The notes under the pieces were generated by a model. It saw only the letters and a list, made by a program, of their open reading frames with translations. It made no database searches and was not told the DNA's origin. DNA of 57,592 nucleotides, counting the filler, from Basidioascus undulatus (taxonomy: Eukaryota): assembly GCA_000826855.1 (NCBI GenBank). It is 4 parts of 4 records of this genome, joined end to end, with 100 filler letters (N's around TTAATTAATTAA, not from the genome) between each part and the next. Parts side by side here need not be neighbours in the genome. Positions count along the whole stretch, not along the records: positions 1 to 12,754 come from JTLS01000879.1; positions 12,855 to 25,602 come from JTLS01000880.1; 2 more parts are not named here. One strand, given 5' to 3'. Below are positions 1 to 12,953 of the stretch, in pieces; position 1 is the first letter of the stretch, and every line of letters starts with the position of its first letter. A program made the position numbers and the translations under genes.

Positions 1-285
1 TGATTACAAGAGCTAAAAGGGGCGGTGGTGAGGGACATGCTGTGGTGAGTGTGTGATTTGTATGGTTTGTGGGTGTGTATGCAAGATGAATAGTTGAGTG
101 TTGAGTGTGTGGTTGAGGAAGGGGCAAGAGACAGAAGATGAGATGACGGTCGAGGGGCGCGGACGCTGGGTCAACTTCGAGGCGCGCGTCCTCTCCCCGA
201 GCACTCCTTTGTCCAGCCGCCGTCGAGGTCGACGTCGTGTCTTCGCGCTTCCATTTCACTTTCTTCCCCACCCATACAATCAGAA

Positions 286-3200
286 ATGTCAGACTCAACC
301 ACCGCCAAGCGCCCGCGTTCCCCATCCCCGAACGGTACATTGCGATCCTGCTCTCCTCTGCGAACTGCGCTTACATCTCTGGATGTTTCGCAGGCGACGA
401 CGCCGGCTCCCCTCCCCCCGGCCCGCCCCCTCCCGGCACAGACGGGGAGGAGGACGACTTCGGGCCTATGCCGGAGCTCCCTGAGGCGGGTGGGGGTGGG
501 AATGGTGGCGCGGGAGGAGGGGCGCGGAAGAAGCGGAAAGGTGCGCTTCGCCTTGGAGACGAGACTGGGAGGTGCGGAGGTGGTGTTGATGCAGCGGTGG
601 AATGGTGAAATGGTGGAATGGTGGGTTGGGGATGACAGTCCTCCCGCACGAGCAGCTCTACCTCGCACACCTCCCCTCCGCGGACAGGTACTACAAGTCG
701 TTCATGCACCGCGACGTGGTCAACTTCGTCACTGCTACCAAGTCCGTCCCATCCTCCTTCTCCTCCAGACTGAGGGGACTGACGGGACGCGGTGGGATGC
801 GGTGGGAACCCCAGAACCGACTACCTGATCACCACCTCCGGCGACGGGCACCTCAAGCTGTGGAAGAAGATGGAGCAGGGCATCGAGTTCAGGAAGCACT
901 GTCCGTCGTCTCCCCCTCTCCCTCCCTCCTCTTCCTCTCTTCCCTTTCCTAAATGAAATGCTGATGCGTATACGGGGGGTCTAGACCGAGCCCATATGGG
1001 CCCCATCACAGGCGTGAGCGCCTCGGCGGACGGCGCGCTGTACGCGACCGTCGGCGATGACGGCGGGGCCAAGGTGTTTGATGTTGTCAACTTCGGTGCG
1101 TCCCCCCGTTCCCCCTCTCTTCCTTCGCCCTCCCTCTCCTTCCTCTTCTCGTTCCCTGCCTTGTTCTCCTTTCCTGCTTCCGCCCTTTGCCTGCTTTTTG
1201 AGGCTGGACGAGTGAGAGGACGAGACTGAATGCGTGGAGAGACCGCAACAGACATGATCAACATGCTCAAGCTGGGGTACACGCCGGGGGCGGTTTGCTG
1301 GGTCCATGGACGGGGGAAGGCGCAGAGTCTGCTTGCCATGTGGGTGTCCTCTTCCTCCTCCACCCTTCCGCCACAGTTATGGACGAAGGGACTTACCCCT
1401 TCGGTGCGCGCGCAGCTCCGAAAAAGACACAAACACGATCCGAATTTACGACGGCCGTGGGGACAGCACGCCGCTGCACACGCTCTCGTCGGTGCACTCC
1501 AAGCCTGTGCATCTCATGAGTGTGCGTTTCTTCCCCAATTCCCTTCCCCTCTCCCCCAGCCCTCCACCTGCCCCTCCCCCTACTTCGCCCGTCCCCACTC
1601 CTCCTTCCCTTTCTTCCCCCTTTCCTCCCTCTCTCCCCCCTTGTCCCTCTCCAACTTCCCCACAAGCCCCGAGGTACCCCCCGATGCTGACGAAACGGAA
1701 CCGGAATGGGACGGCCCCGCAGTACTCGGACCGCTTCGACCTCGTCATCTCCTCCGACACGTCGGGAATGGTCGAGTACTGGCGCCCCTCGGAGCCGTGG
1801 GACAAGCCGGACGACGTCCCCGGCCTGTGGGAGTTCAAGAGCTCGACTGATTTGTACGAGTTCCGGAAGGTCCGTCCTTTCCCCTTCCCCTTTGCATTTC
1901 CTCCTCTTCTCCCTTACCTTTTCCCCTCCCCTTCCCCCTTTTCTCCTCCTCTCCATCTCCGACCTTCTCGGCCGGGAGCGAAGGCAAGGAAGTGAAGAAG
2001 CTGATGTGGTGGTGGGAACGCGGGCAATGAAACAGTCCAAAGCGCCCCCAACGTCGCTCACCCTCTCGCCCGACTCGACGCACTTTGTCGCGTTTTCCAT
2101 CGCCGACCGCGCGATCCGCGTGTTCAACCTCCTCACGGGCAAGCTCACGCGCAAATACGATGAGAGCTTGGAGGCTATTTCGGAGATGTGCGTTTCGTGT
2201 TCCCTCGCGCTTTCCCTGTCTTTTCTCCAACCATTTCCCTTTCACACTTCACCTACTCCCTTCCCTTTTTCCACCTTCCTCCCTGGTCGAAGGCAGCTCG
2301 GGAACTGATAGACTGACGGACTCTGGAATCCGGCTTGGTGGCGAATCAGGCAGCAAGCCGGCACGGCCGTGTACCAGCTGGACGACATGGAGTTTGGCCG
2401 GCGCCTCGCGCTCGAGAGCGAGATCGCCAAGTCCGACGCGGCGGTGTCGACCATGAACGCCGTGTTTGACGAGAGCGGCAACTTTGTCATTTACCCCACG
2501 CTGCTGGGGATCAAGGGTGCGTCGCTGCCTCCTCATTCCCATCTTCCTTCTTCTTTCTTCCGAGGACGTGGAGGCTGTTTGAGCTTTGGGGGGGCTGTTC
2601 GAGGTTGTTGGGGGTTGTTGGGGGCTGTTTGGCATCGTTGGGTGTGGGCCGTTTTTGGGGCTAATGCGGAGAATGGGGGTGTGCGGTGCACAGTGGTCAA
2701 CATCGTCACGAACAAGGTCGCGCGCGTGCTCGGCAAGGACGAGACGATCCGCTTCCTCAACGTCAGCCTGTACCAAGGCGCGCCCGCCAAGAAGGGGTTG
2801 ACGACGATCGTGCGTCCCCACTCCTCCCAGCCATCCCTTTCCCACCTTCCCCTCCCCTGTGACAAGAGCGGGTTTGCTGATTGAATTATGGGTGGGGTCG
2901 CGCGGAACAGGCCATGGCGGCGTCGGCGAACCCGCTCCTGCAGGAGAAGGAGGCGCGCGACCCGACGCTGTTCTGCACCGCGTACAAGCGCCAGCGGTTC
3001 TACCTCTTTTCACGGACCGAGTCGGACTCGTGCGTTCTTCTCCCATTGTATCTTGACCGGGAGAGGCAGACAGACTAATCTCGGCTGGGTGAGGTTTTCA
3101 GCGAGAACAAGGCCGCGGACCGGGACGTGTTCAACGAGAAGCCGACGCGCGAGGAGCAGACGATCGCCGCTGCGCCCGTGCGCGCCGTGCGTGCGCTCGG

Positions 3201-4191
3201 GACACAGGCCATCTTGCACACCACCAAGGGCGACATCCATCTTCGGCTGTGCGTTCGCTTCTCCCCTTCTCCCACCCGCCTGTGCCGCTGTCCCGATCCC
3301 GGAACGAGAGAGAAATAAAATGTCTGATTGCTGGGCTGCGCCATGACAGGTTCCCGGAGTACGCGCCCAAGGCAGTGGAGAATTTTGTGGGGCATGCAAA
3401 GAGCGGGTACTACGAGGGGATCATCTTTCACCGTGGTGAGTGCTCCGGCCTCCTGCCCTCTCCCTCTCAGCGCCCGGCTAACTCTGCTGCTTAACCTTTG
3501 CGCGAATGTAGTCATCCGCAAATTCGCGCGTCCCTTTCCAATTTCACGGATCCCATGCGGGCGCGTTCGTGACTGACCATGTATTCCTCGGCAGATGCTC
3601 CAAACGGGCGACCCCCTCGGCGACGGGACGGGCGGCGAGAGTATCTGGGGCCACGAGTTCGGTGCGTCCCGCTCCCCTCCACTTTGCCTTGTCCCTTCTT
3701 CTTCGGCTAACGTTTGAGGGAACTGATCTCCAGAGGACGAGTTCACGCCCGAGCTCAAGCACGACCGGCCGTACACTCTCAGCATGGCCAACGCCGGGCC
3801 GAAGACGAACGGGTCCCAGTTCTTCATCACCACTGGTGTGTTGTGCGGTTGGCTGGTACTAGGTCGTCGGCTGTTTGCTGACTTATGCGTGCGTGGATGC
3901 GATGGCAGTCCCGACGCCGTGGCTCGACAACCGGCATACGTACGTCGCGCATTGTTCCGAGAGGCACAGCGCGGATGCTGACTGATGCCCATCAACAGGA
4001 TCTTCGGCCGCGCCGTCTCGGGCCTCGACGTCGTGCACGACATCGAGGAACTGCGCGTGGACAAGAACGACAAGGTGCGTCTTTTCCTCGCATCCTGCCC
4101 TCTCCTTTTTGCTCGACCACCTCTGACCTCTGGTCTGTGCGCGCAACAGCCCTTGGACCCGATCAAGATCACCAGCGTGTCGGTCGAGTAG
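286..4191 (+). CDS. PPWD1: WD40-repeat + cyclophilin peptidyl-prolyl isomerase (PPWD1/Cyp15-like spliceosomal cyclophilin), multi-exon
   Basis: Spliced exons give [16 protein letters not shown]..., [72 protein letters not shown], then the cyclophilin core [48 protein letters not shown]...[19 protein letters not shown]...[11 protein letters not shown]. Confidence 0.95.
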
Positions 4192-5697
4192 GGATAGAAA
4201 CGAGTGGGAGCGCGGGGAAGGACGCATGGAAAGACTGCTGCCGCTCGTACTGCGCTCTCTGTCAACGGCTGCGCTTGCTTTGCTCATTTCGTCCATCAGC
4301 AAACACGCAAGCTGGAGACACGGCCTCCTCTCGAAAGGCAAGGCAAACGCAACAACGTACATGTCTTTCGAAACTGGTCTCAAGCAGATATCGCTCAAGG
4401 CTGGCGCCTGTCGCTCACAAGGGGTCGTTCCTCGCCCATTCATCAGGACGGGACAGCTCGTCCCTTTCCCTTGTTCCGCCGCGAGGCCCGGGCGCTGGAC
4501 GACTTGATGCGCGCTGCAGGCAGCGGAGTGGGAGGTTGAGCGTCGGGCTGCTCCGCGGCGACCGATGGCGATCATGCGGCGGAGGAAGGGCCAGCCTCGG
4601 CGTGGATGGGGTGGGTCGTCGTTCGGCAGGGACGATCGTCCTCCGGAATGCGGATCGGCGCCTAAATATCATGACAGGATGCACAAGTCAGTTTGAAAGT
4701 GGGGCAAGAGTAGCCACGACATGGTGGTGGGGCGTCAGACTCACCCATCTCCCCGGACTTAAGGCGTCTTTGTGTTGCTGCCACAGGCTCCGGAAGTGGC
4801 GACCAAGTAACGCCAATTCAAGAACCTAGATCAAGGACATCAGCTAATCAGCGGTCAAGGGCACACAAATCGAAGGTAAGACACGTACTTGACATGAACG
4901 TAAATTTGTTCTCGGGAGGTCAGACAGGCTCTCGGTTCCCTGTCAGCGAAAACTATAGAGAAAAGGGAATACCCAATTTTGGATTCTGAGTCCCGGGCCC
5001 TACTACAGCCCGCTGACCGTCGAAACCGAGTTCTTTTGCACCGGTTTGATGCTGAATGCACCAGCTTATTCTCGGTACGACCTGCAGATGCGAGAGAAAG
5101 GACTTCTTTGTGTGAGCTCCGTGGGGAACACGTTCATGTCTAGTTAGTCAAGGCAAGGCCACCCGAGATAGACCGTTGTGCGTCGATCGATGTTCCTCCT
5201 CTGACGCCTTTTGTAGTCTCGCGGACCGCATTTCACTTTCTGGTGTTGAGCAACGCTGAGCTTGCGCGGATCGAGATAAATCCTGGCCTTCAATGCAAAG
5301 CACCTCCGGCACCTCTTCGGGATCGAGCGAGAGGACGAAGTGCAACTCTTGTGCGGAGAGACTGCAAGGGACCACACACCAAACGCAGAAGTCAAGTGCA
5401 ATGCATCTCCGATGATAACAGTCTGTCGCGCCAGGGGTAAAAGTCAGGCAACGAGACTCGCGAAGGGTGACCCAGCCATTGCGGACCCTCCAACACCAGG
5501 GAGAAACGCCTCATATTAGATCAAGATAAAACGACACCGGGACCCTGCCCGTCCGCCGCGCAAACGCAGGGAGTTCTGAGTATCAGGCGGGTCCCTCGTT
5601 TTCCATCCTTTATGATCATCGGCGCCATACCCCTCCCCGCGTACCCCTTGCACCGTGCATCATCGAGAACATCACAACTCACCTGCCCCTGCGACAA

Positions 5698-7093
5698 TCA
5701 TCGTCGGCGGCGCTGCCTTCGCTCCTGGATCGACCGGACCTGGTCGACGCGTTCCTGCTGCGCCCGGCGCGCATCGGCCGCCTCCTTCCGCGCTGCCATC
5801 TCCGCGCGCAGGCGCGCGCCGTGCTCGGCGGCTTCTTTCCGGTCGGAGAGGCCGAAGATGGTCGTTTGTCCGAGGGTGAAGAGGCCGGAGGAGAGCCAGT
5901 AGAGATTGAGGGCCTGTCCCCGCAGCGCGCACGTGTCAGTGACAAAGTGGTGGACGAGGCGGGACAAGAACGGGTGGGACGCACGACAGGGCTGGTCATA
6001 CCATACCAGATGAACGCGAAGCTGACGACGCGGAAGACGTTGGTGATGGCGCGCTGGCGGAGGTCCGCGCTCTCCTGCTTCCTCGCCTCCTCGACCTCCT
6101 CGGGCGTCTTGGGCTTCTCGTCCGGGTCGGCGAGGCCCTCTGGCGGGTCGGCCCCTCGCGCGGCACGGAGCATCGACTCGCGGCCTGCGCCGGCAACTTC
6201 GGCGTTGAGGAAGTACACGCCGCCGACGAGGAGTGGCAGGAGCGGGTCGAGCGGGAGCTCCGCGATCGAGGGGTAGTGCAGGAGGGACTCGGACGCGAGG
6301 GGCGAGGTCAGGAGAGAGAGCGTTTCGGAAGACGCGCCGGCGGCCGCTGTTGTGTCGGCGGCGGAGAGGACGGCGGAGGAAGGTGTGGAAGGATCACCTC
6401 CGGAAGGAAGCGCCCTGGACATCGCGGCTGCGTTGCGGATCGTCAGGGTGAGGAGGACGAACAGAGGGGCGCCGATGAGGGCGGGGCCGAGCATTGTCGG
6501 GATGGGGCTGCATTTGTGTATCCTCGAGAGTCGTTTTCGCTCTGCTTTTATCTGTTCAAGCATCCACGCCAAGCGCCAGAGCCTCCTCAGCAGAGTATCC
6601 CGAGGAAGAGATGCAAAAGGCGACACACCCTCCGTGCCCACTCCTGCTTGAACCCCTCGAAGTCCAGTCCCCGCTCCCTGCAATCGCGCTTGCACACGTC
6701 CTTTTGCAGCGCGACAAAGTCGCGCAGCTGAGGATTGACCAAGTCGCGCATGCGCTTTGTGCGCTCGCGCTGCCAGAGGGAGAGCGGGAGGGTGAGCGTC
6801 GCGCGGAGGACGACGGTGAGGAGGACGATGGTTGTCGCGTAGGATGGGTTGAAGGGAAGGTACGACGGCAGCGCGAGGAACGCTTCGGGGAGGTTGAAGA
6901 GCGTGCGGCGCTGGCTGAGGTGCGGTGCGGGTGCTGTGCGCTGGCGCTGGAGGTTCGGCCGCGAGGAGGAGGAGAGATGGAGGGAACGGAGAAGGCCGAG
7001 TGTGACTGGGGAGGGCAGGGGGCACGCTGGGTAGGGTATGTGTCGGGGCCGGGGTATACTCCGTAGCGACCGGGTGGCATGCATGGAGAGCAT
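5698..7093 (-). CDS. COX18: Cox18/Oxa1 (YidC) family mitochondrial inner-membrane insertase
   Basis: Arg/Ser-rich presequence, then SYATTIVLLTVVLRATLTLPLSLWQR, RKRLSRIHKCSPIPTM...PLFVLLTLTIR, DPLLPLLVG and ALNLYWLSSGLFTLGQ. Two GT-AG introns. Confidence 0.8.
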
Positions 7094-8427
7094 GGCGGCA
7101 ATTGAGAAGTCTCGAAAGGACCAGATGAGGGCAGGATGGCAAGCCAGCAAGGTGACCGTGACGAGAAGACGCCCTTTTGAGCCCGGCCTTGGGCGGCAAA
7201 CTATTTCATCCAGGCTCTTCCGTCGTGGCCCTTAGCAGGTTCCTCTATGCATCCAAATTTCACATTGGAATACGGAGCTATATTGGTCTTTCAATTTCAC
7301 CCCGACTCAGAGCTTTTGGTACACCTGGCAGAGTGTTCATTGCTTGGGAGTTGCAAACACTCTGGTCTGCGTCGTCCACTGAAATCGCACTTTTTCGTTG
7401 TTGTCTTCTGTAGCACATACTCCCGCAAAATAATATTCAATCTCTGTGCTTAGTCGGAGCGGACTGCGCTCTGCGTGGCAGCCTCAGCGGCGAATCAACC
7501 GGAATGCTCACTTTGCCAGGGATCTACAGAAGGATCGGAAGTTATCCCCTGGCCCGCGGTTAATGCGGCAAAAAAAACTGAAAGGACTAGTTGAAAAGCT
7601 TATAATTTTCCAATGCACAATATGGACTGATCACTCACCTGCTCCACAATGTCAGAGAATGAATCGCACCTTCAACGTGAGCCCGTGAGCCAGCCTGAGC
7701 ATTAAACAGGCGGAGTTCGCGACGACAGATCTGCTTTTCGTGAACCCTTGGCACGTACAATAAAGCCATTAGACAACAGATCTGCTATATATAAAGCGAT
7801 CCGCGCGCGCACTTGGACAGTCTGCCCCTTCAAGTTGACTCGACAAACAGTTCAACAGCTTCACGCCAATGCTTGCTAGACACTGCGGCAAAGAAACTGC
7901 AAGTTGAGGTCGCTGCGGTCTCACCTGCTGGACGGGTAAAGTGCACTTCTCCTTTGGGAGTATTTTTGATTTGTTCCATTTTTTGTCTTTGAGGTATCCC
8001 AATGGAAAAAAAAAAAGACATGGTATCGAGCTCAACGCGAGGCGAGAGGTACAGCATTCGACCGCCTGAGTACCAGCGAGAATGAAGCAGAGCCGAAAGC
8101 TGACACTGCCGAGATTTGTGCGCCCAAGACCTTTGTCAGATGCTCAGGAATGGAACTGCAAATGCCTCCAATGCTTGAACCTGCTTGAACAGAGCAAGTT
8201 CACCGCAGGGCACAACGTGGTCTGCCACAAAGCACACAGCTGCAACCGCCACACAATCAACTAAATCTCAAGTAGGGACAACCAAATGAGCTTATCTAGA
8301 GCCGTCTTGAATTGACCATCTCAATCCAGCTGTTTACGGAAACTCAGCGGTAGAGGACTGAAGCAGTGTCTTTACTTGTCCTTATTCAACTCATGAACAC
8401 AACATAGCTACTGCATGGCTAAACAAC

Positions 8428-9534
8428 GCGCTGTGGACGGCCAGGTACGTCTCCTTTCAATAACCTGACGACTTACTCAAAAAATTGATGTCTGGAACAG
8501 CCAGGGGCTCTTCGTCCTGATCGGCCTGACCATGCCACCGGCAAAGGTCGACAGCCTGAATGGGGTACGCCAGCCGACTTGCAGGCTTTCAACTTGGCTA
8601 ATAGCGCTTCACTCTTCTGTATCCAGATTCTCATTTACTGTGGCTCGAGCAGTGTTGGTACCGTGCTTGATCAGGAACCAAACACTTTATGCTGCCTGAG
8701 GCATACTTCCAGGCCAGTTTGCGATACAGCTGCTTCACAACTGCCGGCCACCGCGTCGTCACCATCGCGTCGCCCCGGAATCACGAGCTCGTGAAGTTGC
8801 TTGGCCCCCAGCTCGCTTTCGATGTCCGTTCTCCATCTTTATGCAGAGCCAACTGCGCTTTTATCTGACGCCCTCTTTCATGTCACGCAGTACAAATCTG
8901 AAAGCTGCGCCGAGGATATCATGTGCGCGCTGTGTTCCTTCTTGGGTTCACGATATCTGACTTTTTACGGGGGCCGATTGTCCCTTCATCCAATAAACAA
9001 GCGACAGGCGACTCCATACACTGGGGCTTCGACTGCATCACCGAGGGTGATAGCCAGGTCATCAGCACCAACGCGTTTAGCAAGGAGGGCGGCAAGGTCA
9101 ATCCAGCATTTACTCTCATCGTATACTACCACTCACTTCGCAAATTGGACGTGCAGCTTGTTATTGTTCACATGCGGGATCCCCCCAGCCTGTGCGCTCC
9201 GACGTCGAAAGGATCTTCACCATTCTGTTTACTGCATTCGGCCGCGTGCGTCTTCTGCCTCCATTTCCTCCTTAATGCCCTTCACACTCGCTAATCCCTG
9301 TTGCTGGTTCGATTTCAGACCTTCCACCTTGAAGACAAGGAATTCCCCGCGTCGGCCGAAGACCACGCGTTCCAGGTCAAGTTCCTCAAGCATGTACCCG
9401 AGCTTACCGCTTCCGGGGCGCTCCGGCCGAACAAGAGTCGCGTGGTCGAGGGACGCCTTGGCGAAGTCGAAAAGGGCATGGACCTGCTCAAAGAGGGGAA
9501 GATCAGCGCGGAGAAGGTTGTGCACACCCTCTGA
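8428..9534 (+). pseudogene. MDR/enoyl-reductase (ToxD/YNL134C-like NADPH oxidoreductase) remnant, 5'-truncated and frameshifted
   Basis: Exons give ALWTASQGLF, ILIYCGSSSVG (usual GGSSSVG), GQFAIQLLH / frameshift near 8739 / TAGHRVVTIASPRNHELVKLLG, WGFDCITEG and GMDLLKEGKISAEKVVHTL*. No N-terminal GroES-like half is visible upstream. Confidence 0.75.
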
Positions 9535-9644
9535 GCGTGGGAGGTGGCTGTCGGGAAAGCTTTGCATGCATCTTGGGCATCGTTCTTCTCATACTCTGCT
9601 TCATTTCCTGACTGCGCTACCTCGTTTCCGGTACTCCCATAGGT

Positions 9645-9990
9645 AACGTATCAGGTCCCGGCACATATGGGCTGTCTACGTCGGGCGTATGCGCAGACGG
9701 CTTCTTCCTCAACTTCGGCATCACTGGGATCGTCCTCAAACGTGCGTTCTCTTCTCTGCCGCTGGTCTTCAGATATGGGAAATTTCAGAACAATTGAATG
9801 TCTTGGATGACCATGGGGCAGGTGAATGAGGCCGAGCTTGTACGTCTTCCTTTGGCAGTGCTACGGTGCTGAAGACCGGCGATGTTCAACTTCTGCAGGA
9901 TCCTACGGAGCTTCGTCCATCTACGGCACAAATTTGAGAGAGGAGACCGCAGATCTCAGAGACGTGGTCGTGGTCCTAGCCATCGACGTG
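9645..9990 (+). pseudogene. Possible decayed C-terminal fragment of an MFS membrane transporter
   Basis: Broken exon-like pieces HIWAVYVG / ADGFFLNFGITGIVL / CYGAE / MFNFCRILRSFV resemble fungal MFS C-terminal helices. Frames are discontinuous. Confidence 0.3.
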
Positions 9991-10604
9991 AGTCGACCAC
10001 AGCCAGCAGTGCTGCGATAGATTGTTTCCCAATCTCGATGCTATCCGCCTTTTCTCCACTGGATTGGTGTGTTTTTCTGACAAGAGTTTCTCTCCCTTGC
10101 ATGTTTGGCGCTTGGCACCGTTACTTCAGTTGAAGCTGCAATCTCGCAGTAGAACACCTGATGTCTCGATGGGCGTCAAGTGAGAAATGCCGTCGGAAGT
10201 CGCAACGCTCGGACGGTTGAGCAATGGGGTCCGCCTCCACAGTGTTGCTCGTACTGCTGCGCGGCACTATCTTTTGACTTGGATTGCTTTTGTTCTTCGT
10301 CATGAACATAAATATGTAGCTTTTACTTGTGGGAGTCAGCTCAGCATGCATTGAGCGGTCGAGACGGGCTCCATTGGGTTGGACTTTGAGAGGTTTCGCG
10401 CAGCCCATCGATTCCAGACATCCTGCATCTCCATGCGAAACGAGCGAATGAATTATCCGTGTAAGAAAAGGGGGGTGGACCGAATTGGTGCTTGCTGCGC
10501 TCAGTTAGGGTCGAGTAGGGTAGATATGTTGCTGCTAAGATGCTAGGTATGTCAACGACGTCCGTCGTATGCAAAGGGTAACGTTCTCAATCCGGACCAG
10601 ACAC

Positions 10605-11904
10605 TTAAGCCAGGAAGAGTGCGGCGGCAGCAGCGAGCGCGCCGACCGCCGCGCCGGCGTGGACGGAGCCGGCAGCGTTGTCGCCGTCGGTGGACTCGGT
10701 CGCCTCCGCGCCGGTGGCGGTGCCGGTGCTGGAGGAGCCGGTGGAGGTGGCCGCGAGGGAGGAGGAGACGGCGGCGGTATCGACGGCGGAGGTCGCGGGG
10801 AAGGAGGCGGTGGCGGTCCCGACCTCGACCTGGAAGTAGGTCGCCGCGACGAGGTCGCCGAGGTGGGCAGACTCAACGTACTGGTGGAGCAGACAGTCAG
10901 GATGAAGGCAGGGGTATGGAGGATGGGCAGGGGTGAGCCGGGGACGCACGTCGTTGATCGCGAACTTGCTCAGCGCGGTGTGGGGCTGGTTGAGCCCCTC
11001 CGGAGCGGAGAAGTCGTCGCCCTGCTTGAAGAGGACCCAGATGTAGCGGTGCGGGCCGGAGCCCTCGGCGGGGCCAGGTCCGGCATAGTCGGTGATGGCG
11101 TCGCCCCTATAATAGGACAAGTAGACATTCAGGGCTCTGAATACGGTAGGCCGGTAGTCCACTCCGACTCACGACTCCTGCAGCGGGAACGACCCGTCTG
11201 ACTCAGAGCCCTCCCCAACGCCATTCGCGAGGAAGTGGCGCGTCTCTGTCCGTCCCGTCACCGTCCCCGAGGCCATCTTTCAGTTTCCAGCTCTACGCTC
11301 GCGATGAGAATAGACAGATAGACTCACGGCCACCAGCAGCCCTCTGGTCGGTGCCCACGACGTCCGCGTCAATCAGGGCGAGCGTGAAGGTCGCGTTGCC
11401 GAGCTTGGACGCGGCGGCCTCGGTCGGGGTGAAGGACCAGGTGGGCTTCTCGCCGACAGCTGTGTGCCCGAGGTCAGTCGCCGTCAGGGTCTACGTGGAA
11501 GTCGGACCTCGCGGGGAGGGCGGACTGACCATTCTTCTCGAGGCTCTGGCCCTGGGTGATGGGGGAGCCGGAGTAGGTGACTCCCAGAAGACCTTGCGGC
11601 TGCATCCCCCTCCACACCGTAAACCAACCCGCACCGTCCATCTGCCCACCAAGAAGCATCAACCAACTCACGTTGAAGTCATCCTCCGAAAAGACGTCCG
11701 GGACGATCCCAGCATTCTTAAAGTTGGCCTATCCACCCCGCAAGCGCCCATGAGCACTAAATTCCTCAGCACCTGCCCTCCTCCCTTCCGTCCCCAGTAT
11801 GTGCGAAGCCAGCGGACCTTGACGAGCGCGACGTCGAGGTCGCTAGCGGGCGCCGCCAGCGCGACCGAAGCAGCAGCGAGGAGCGCGAGCGAAGATCCGA
11901 GCAT
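10605..11904 (-). CDS. Secreted, probably GPI-anchored phosphatidylethanolamine-binding protein (PEBP) family
   Basis: Signal peptide MLGSSLALLAAASVALAAPA; NFKNAGIVPDV; FTLALIDAD; RHFLANG; DYAGPGPAEGSGPHRYIWVLFKQ; Ser/Thr-rich stalk; hydrophobic C-terminus GAAVGALAAAAALFLA*. Confidence 0.88.
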
Positions 11905-12754
11905 GTTGGAAATAACCGAGGTTCGATTTCAAAGTAAACGAGTGACGGGTGTGTGTCAAAAAGGTCAGTATACTAGAGAACTGAGCAGAGCGCGAAAGAG
12001 GTTGTGGGTGTTGAGGATCAAGGAGGAAAGGGGAACCGCACTTTACCCAGGCCTCGAGCAGGCTAGCCGGCACAGCAAAGTGGATCACGTATGATGGCGT
12101 ATGTACGTCCACGCGATGGCGGGAATACAGCCTTGGCAGGCGCTTTTAAACGACTGCGGAGCTGCACTGCACCCTGTTTGAGTGTTCTCGTGAAACGCCT
12201 GTCGATTGGGCGCTTTTCGCTGTCGTTTTCGCTCTTTTACCCGCGACAGGACAACAGACCCCCCCACCATGCCTTCGTCTCCCAGAAAAGGAAGATCGGT
12301 CAAGCTCTTTCTTGTTGAGTCCACGGAGTTCAGATTCTTTTCGAGCAGAGCGGCGCCCGGCTGTGCGGACGGCGGGCGGCTTCAAGCCTTCACCGTGAAA
12401 TATATTGGTGAACCCACAAGTGGAACGCGAATTACGGTGGACAACAAACGCCACAACAATCCCTCCAACCCAAGATAGATGCTTTCACCCTGCTGTGCCA
12501 CCACAGTTGGTGTCCAGATACCTCACGCCTTCGGCGTCGGACAAGAGGGAACACTGTCGTCCGCCTTCGTGCACCGCCGCGGAAAAACAAAGAAAGCTAA
12601 CATACTATACGTTTCAGGAGTTCAATCAAGACTTAGAGACCTATGTAATGTGTGATGGGTAAACAGGATCTTGCGTGAAAAGACATCGTAAGTTCTTAAG
12701 GGGGCTTGTGTGTTACGGGGAGACTGACTAAGTGCGAAAGGACAAAACAGGGTG

Positions 12755-12854
12755 NNNNNNNNNNNNNNNNNNNNNNNNNNNNNNNNNNNNNNNNNNNNTT
12801 AATTAATTAANNNNNNNNNNNNNNNNNNNNNNNNNNNNNNNNNNNNNNNNNNNN
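12755..12854. other. Artificial contig spacer (N44-TTAATTAATTAA-N44)
   Basis: Exactly 100 bp with a six-frame stop linker, repeated identically three times in the window. Confidence 0.98.
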
Positions 12855-12953
12855 AGCCAGCCACCCCTTTTCCCTCTTCTTCATCCTCCTCCCTCCATTT
12901 CTTTCCTTCTGCAAACAACTAGAGCGCTCATGGACGTTCCCCGGTTCAAACAG

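Noticed and set aside
1..38. Possible start (MSLTTAPFS) of a gene divergent from PPWD1
   Set aside because: Only 12 codons before the window edge, so it is unverifiable.
3075..4265. Long antisense ORFs (396 aa here, and similar ones opposite SEC18, ADP1 and TMA46)
   Set aside because: These are shadow ORFs expected from high GC3. They run through introns and have no motifs.
5679..7199. 506-aa ORF as the whole COX18 protein
   Set aside because: Only the middle exon is in this frame. The real N- and C-termini lie in other frames joined by introns.
12799..12810. TTAATTAATTAA as a piggyBac target site or regulatory palindrome (also at 25647 and 38483)
   Set aside because: It is centred in exactly 44+44 Ns each time and is an artificial six-frame stop linker.
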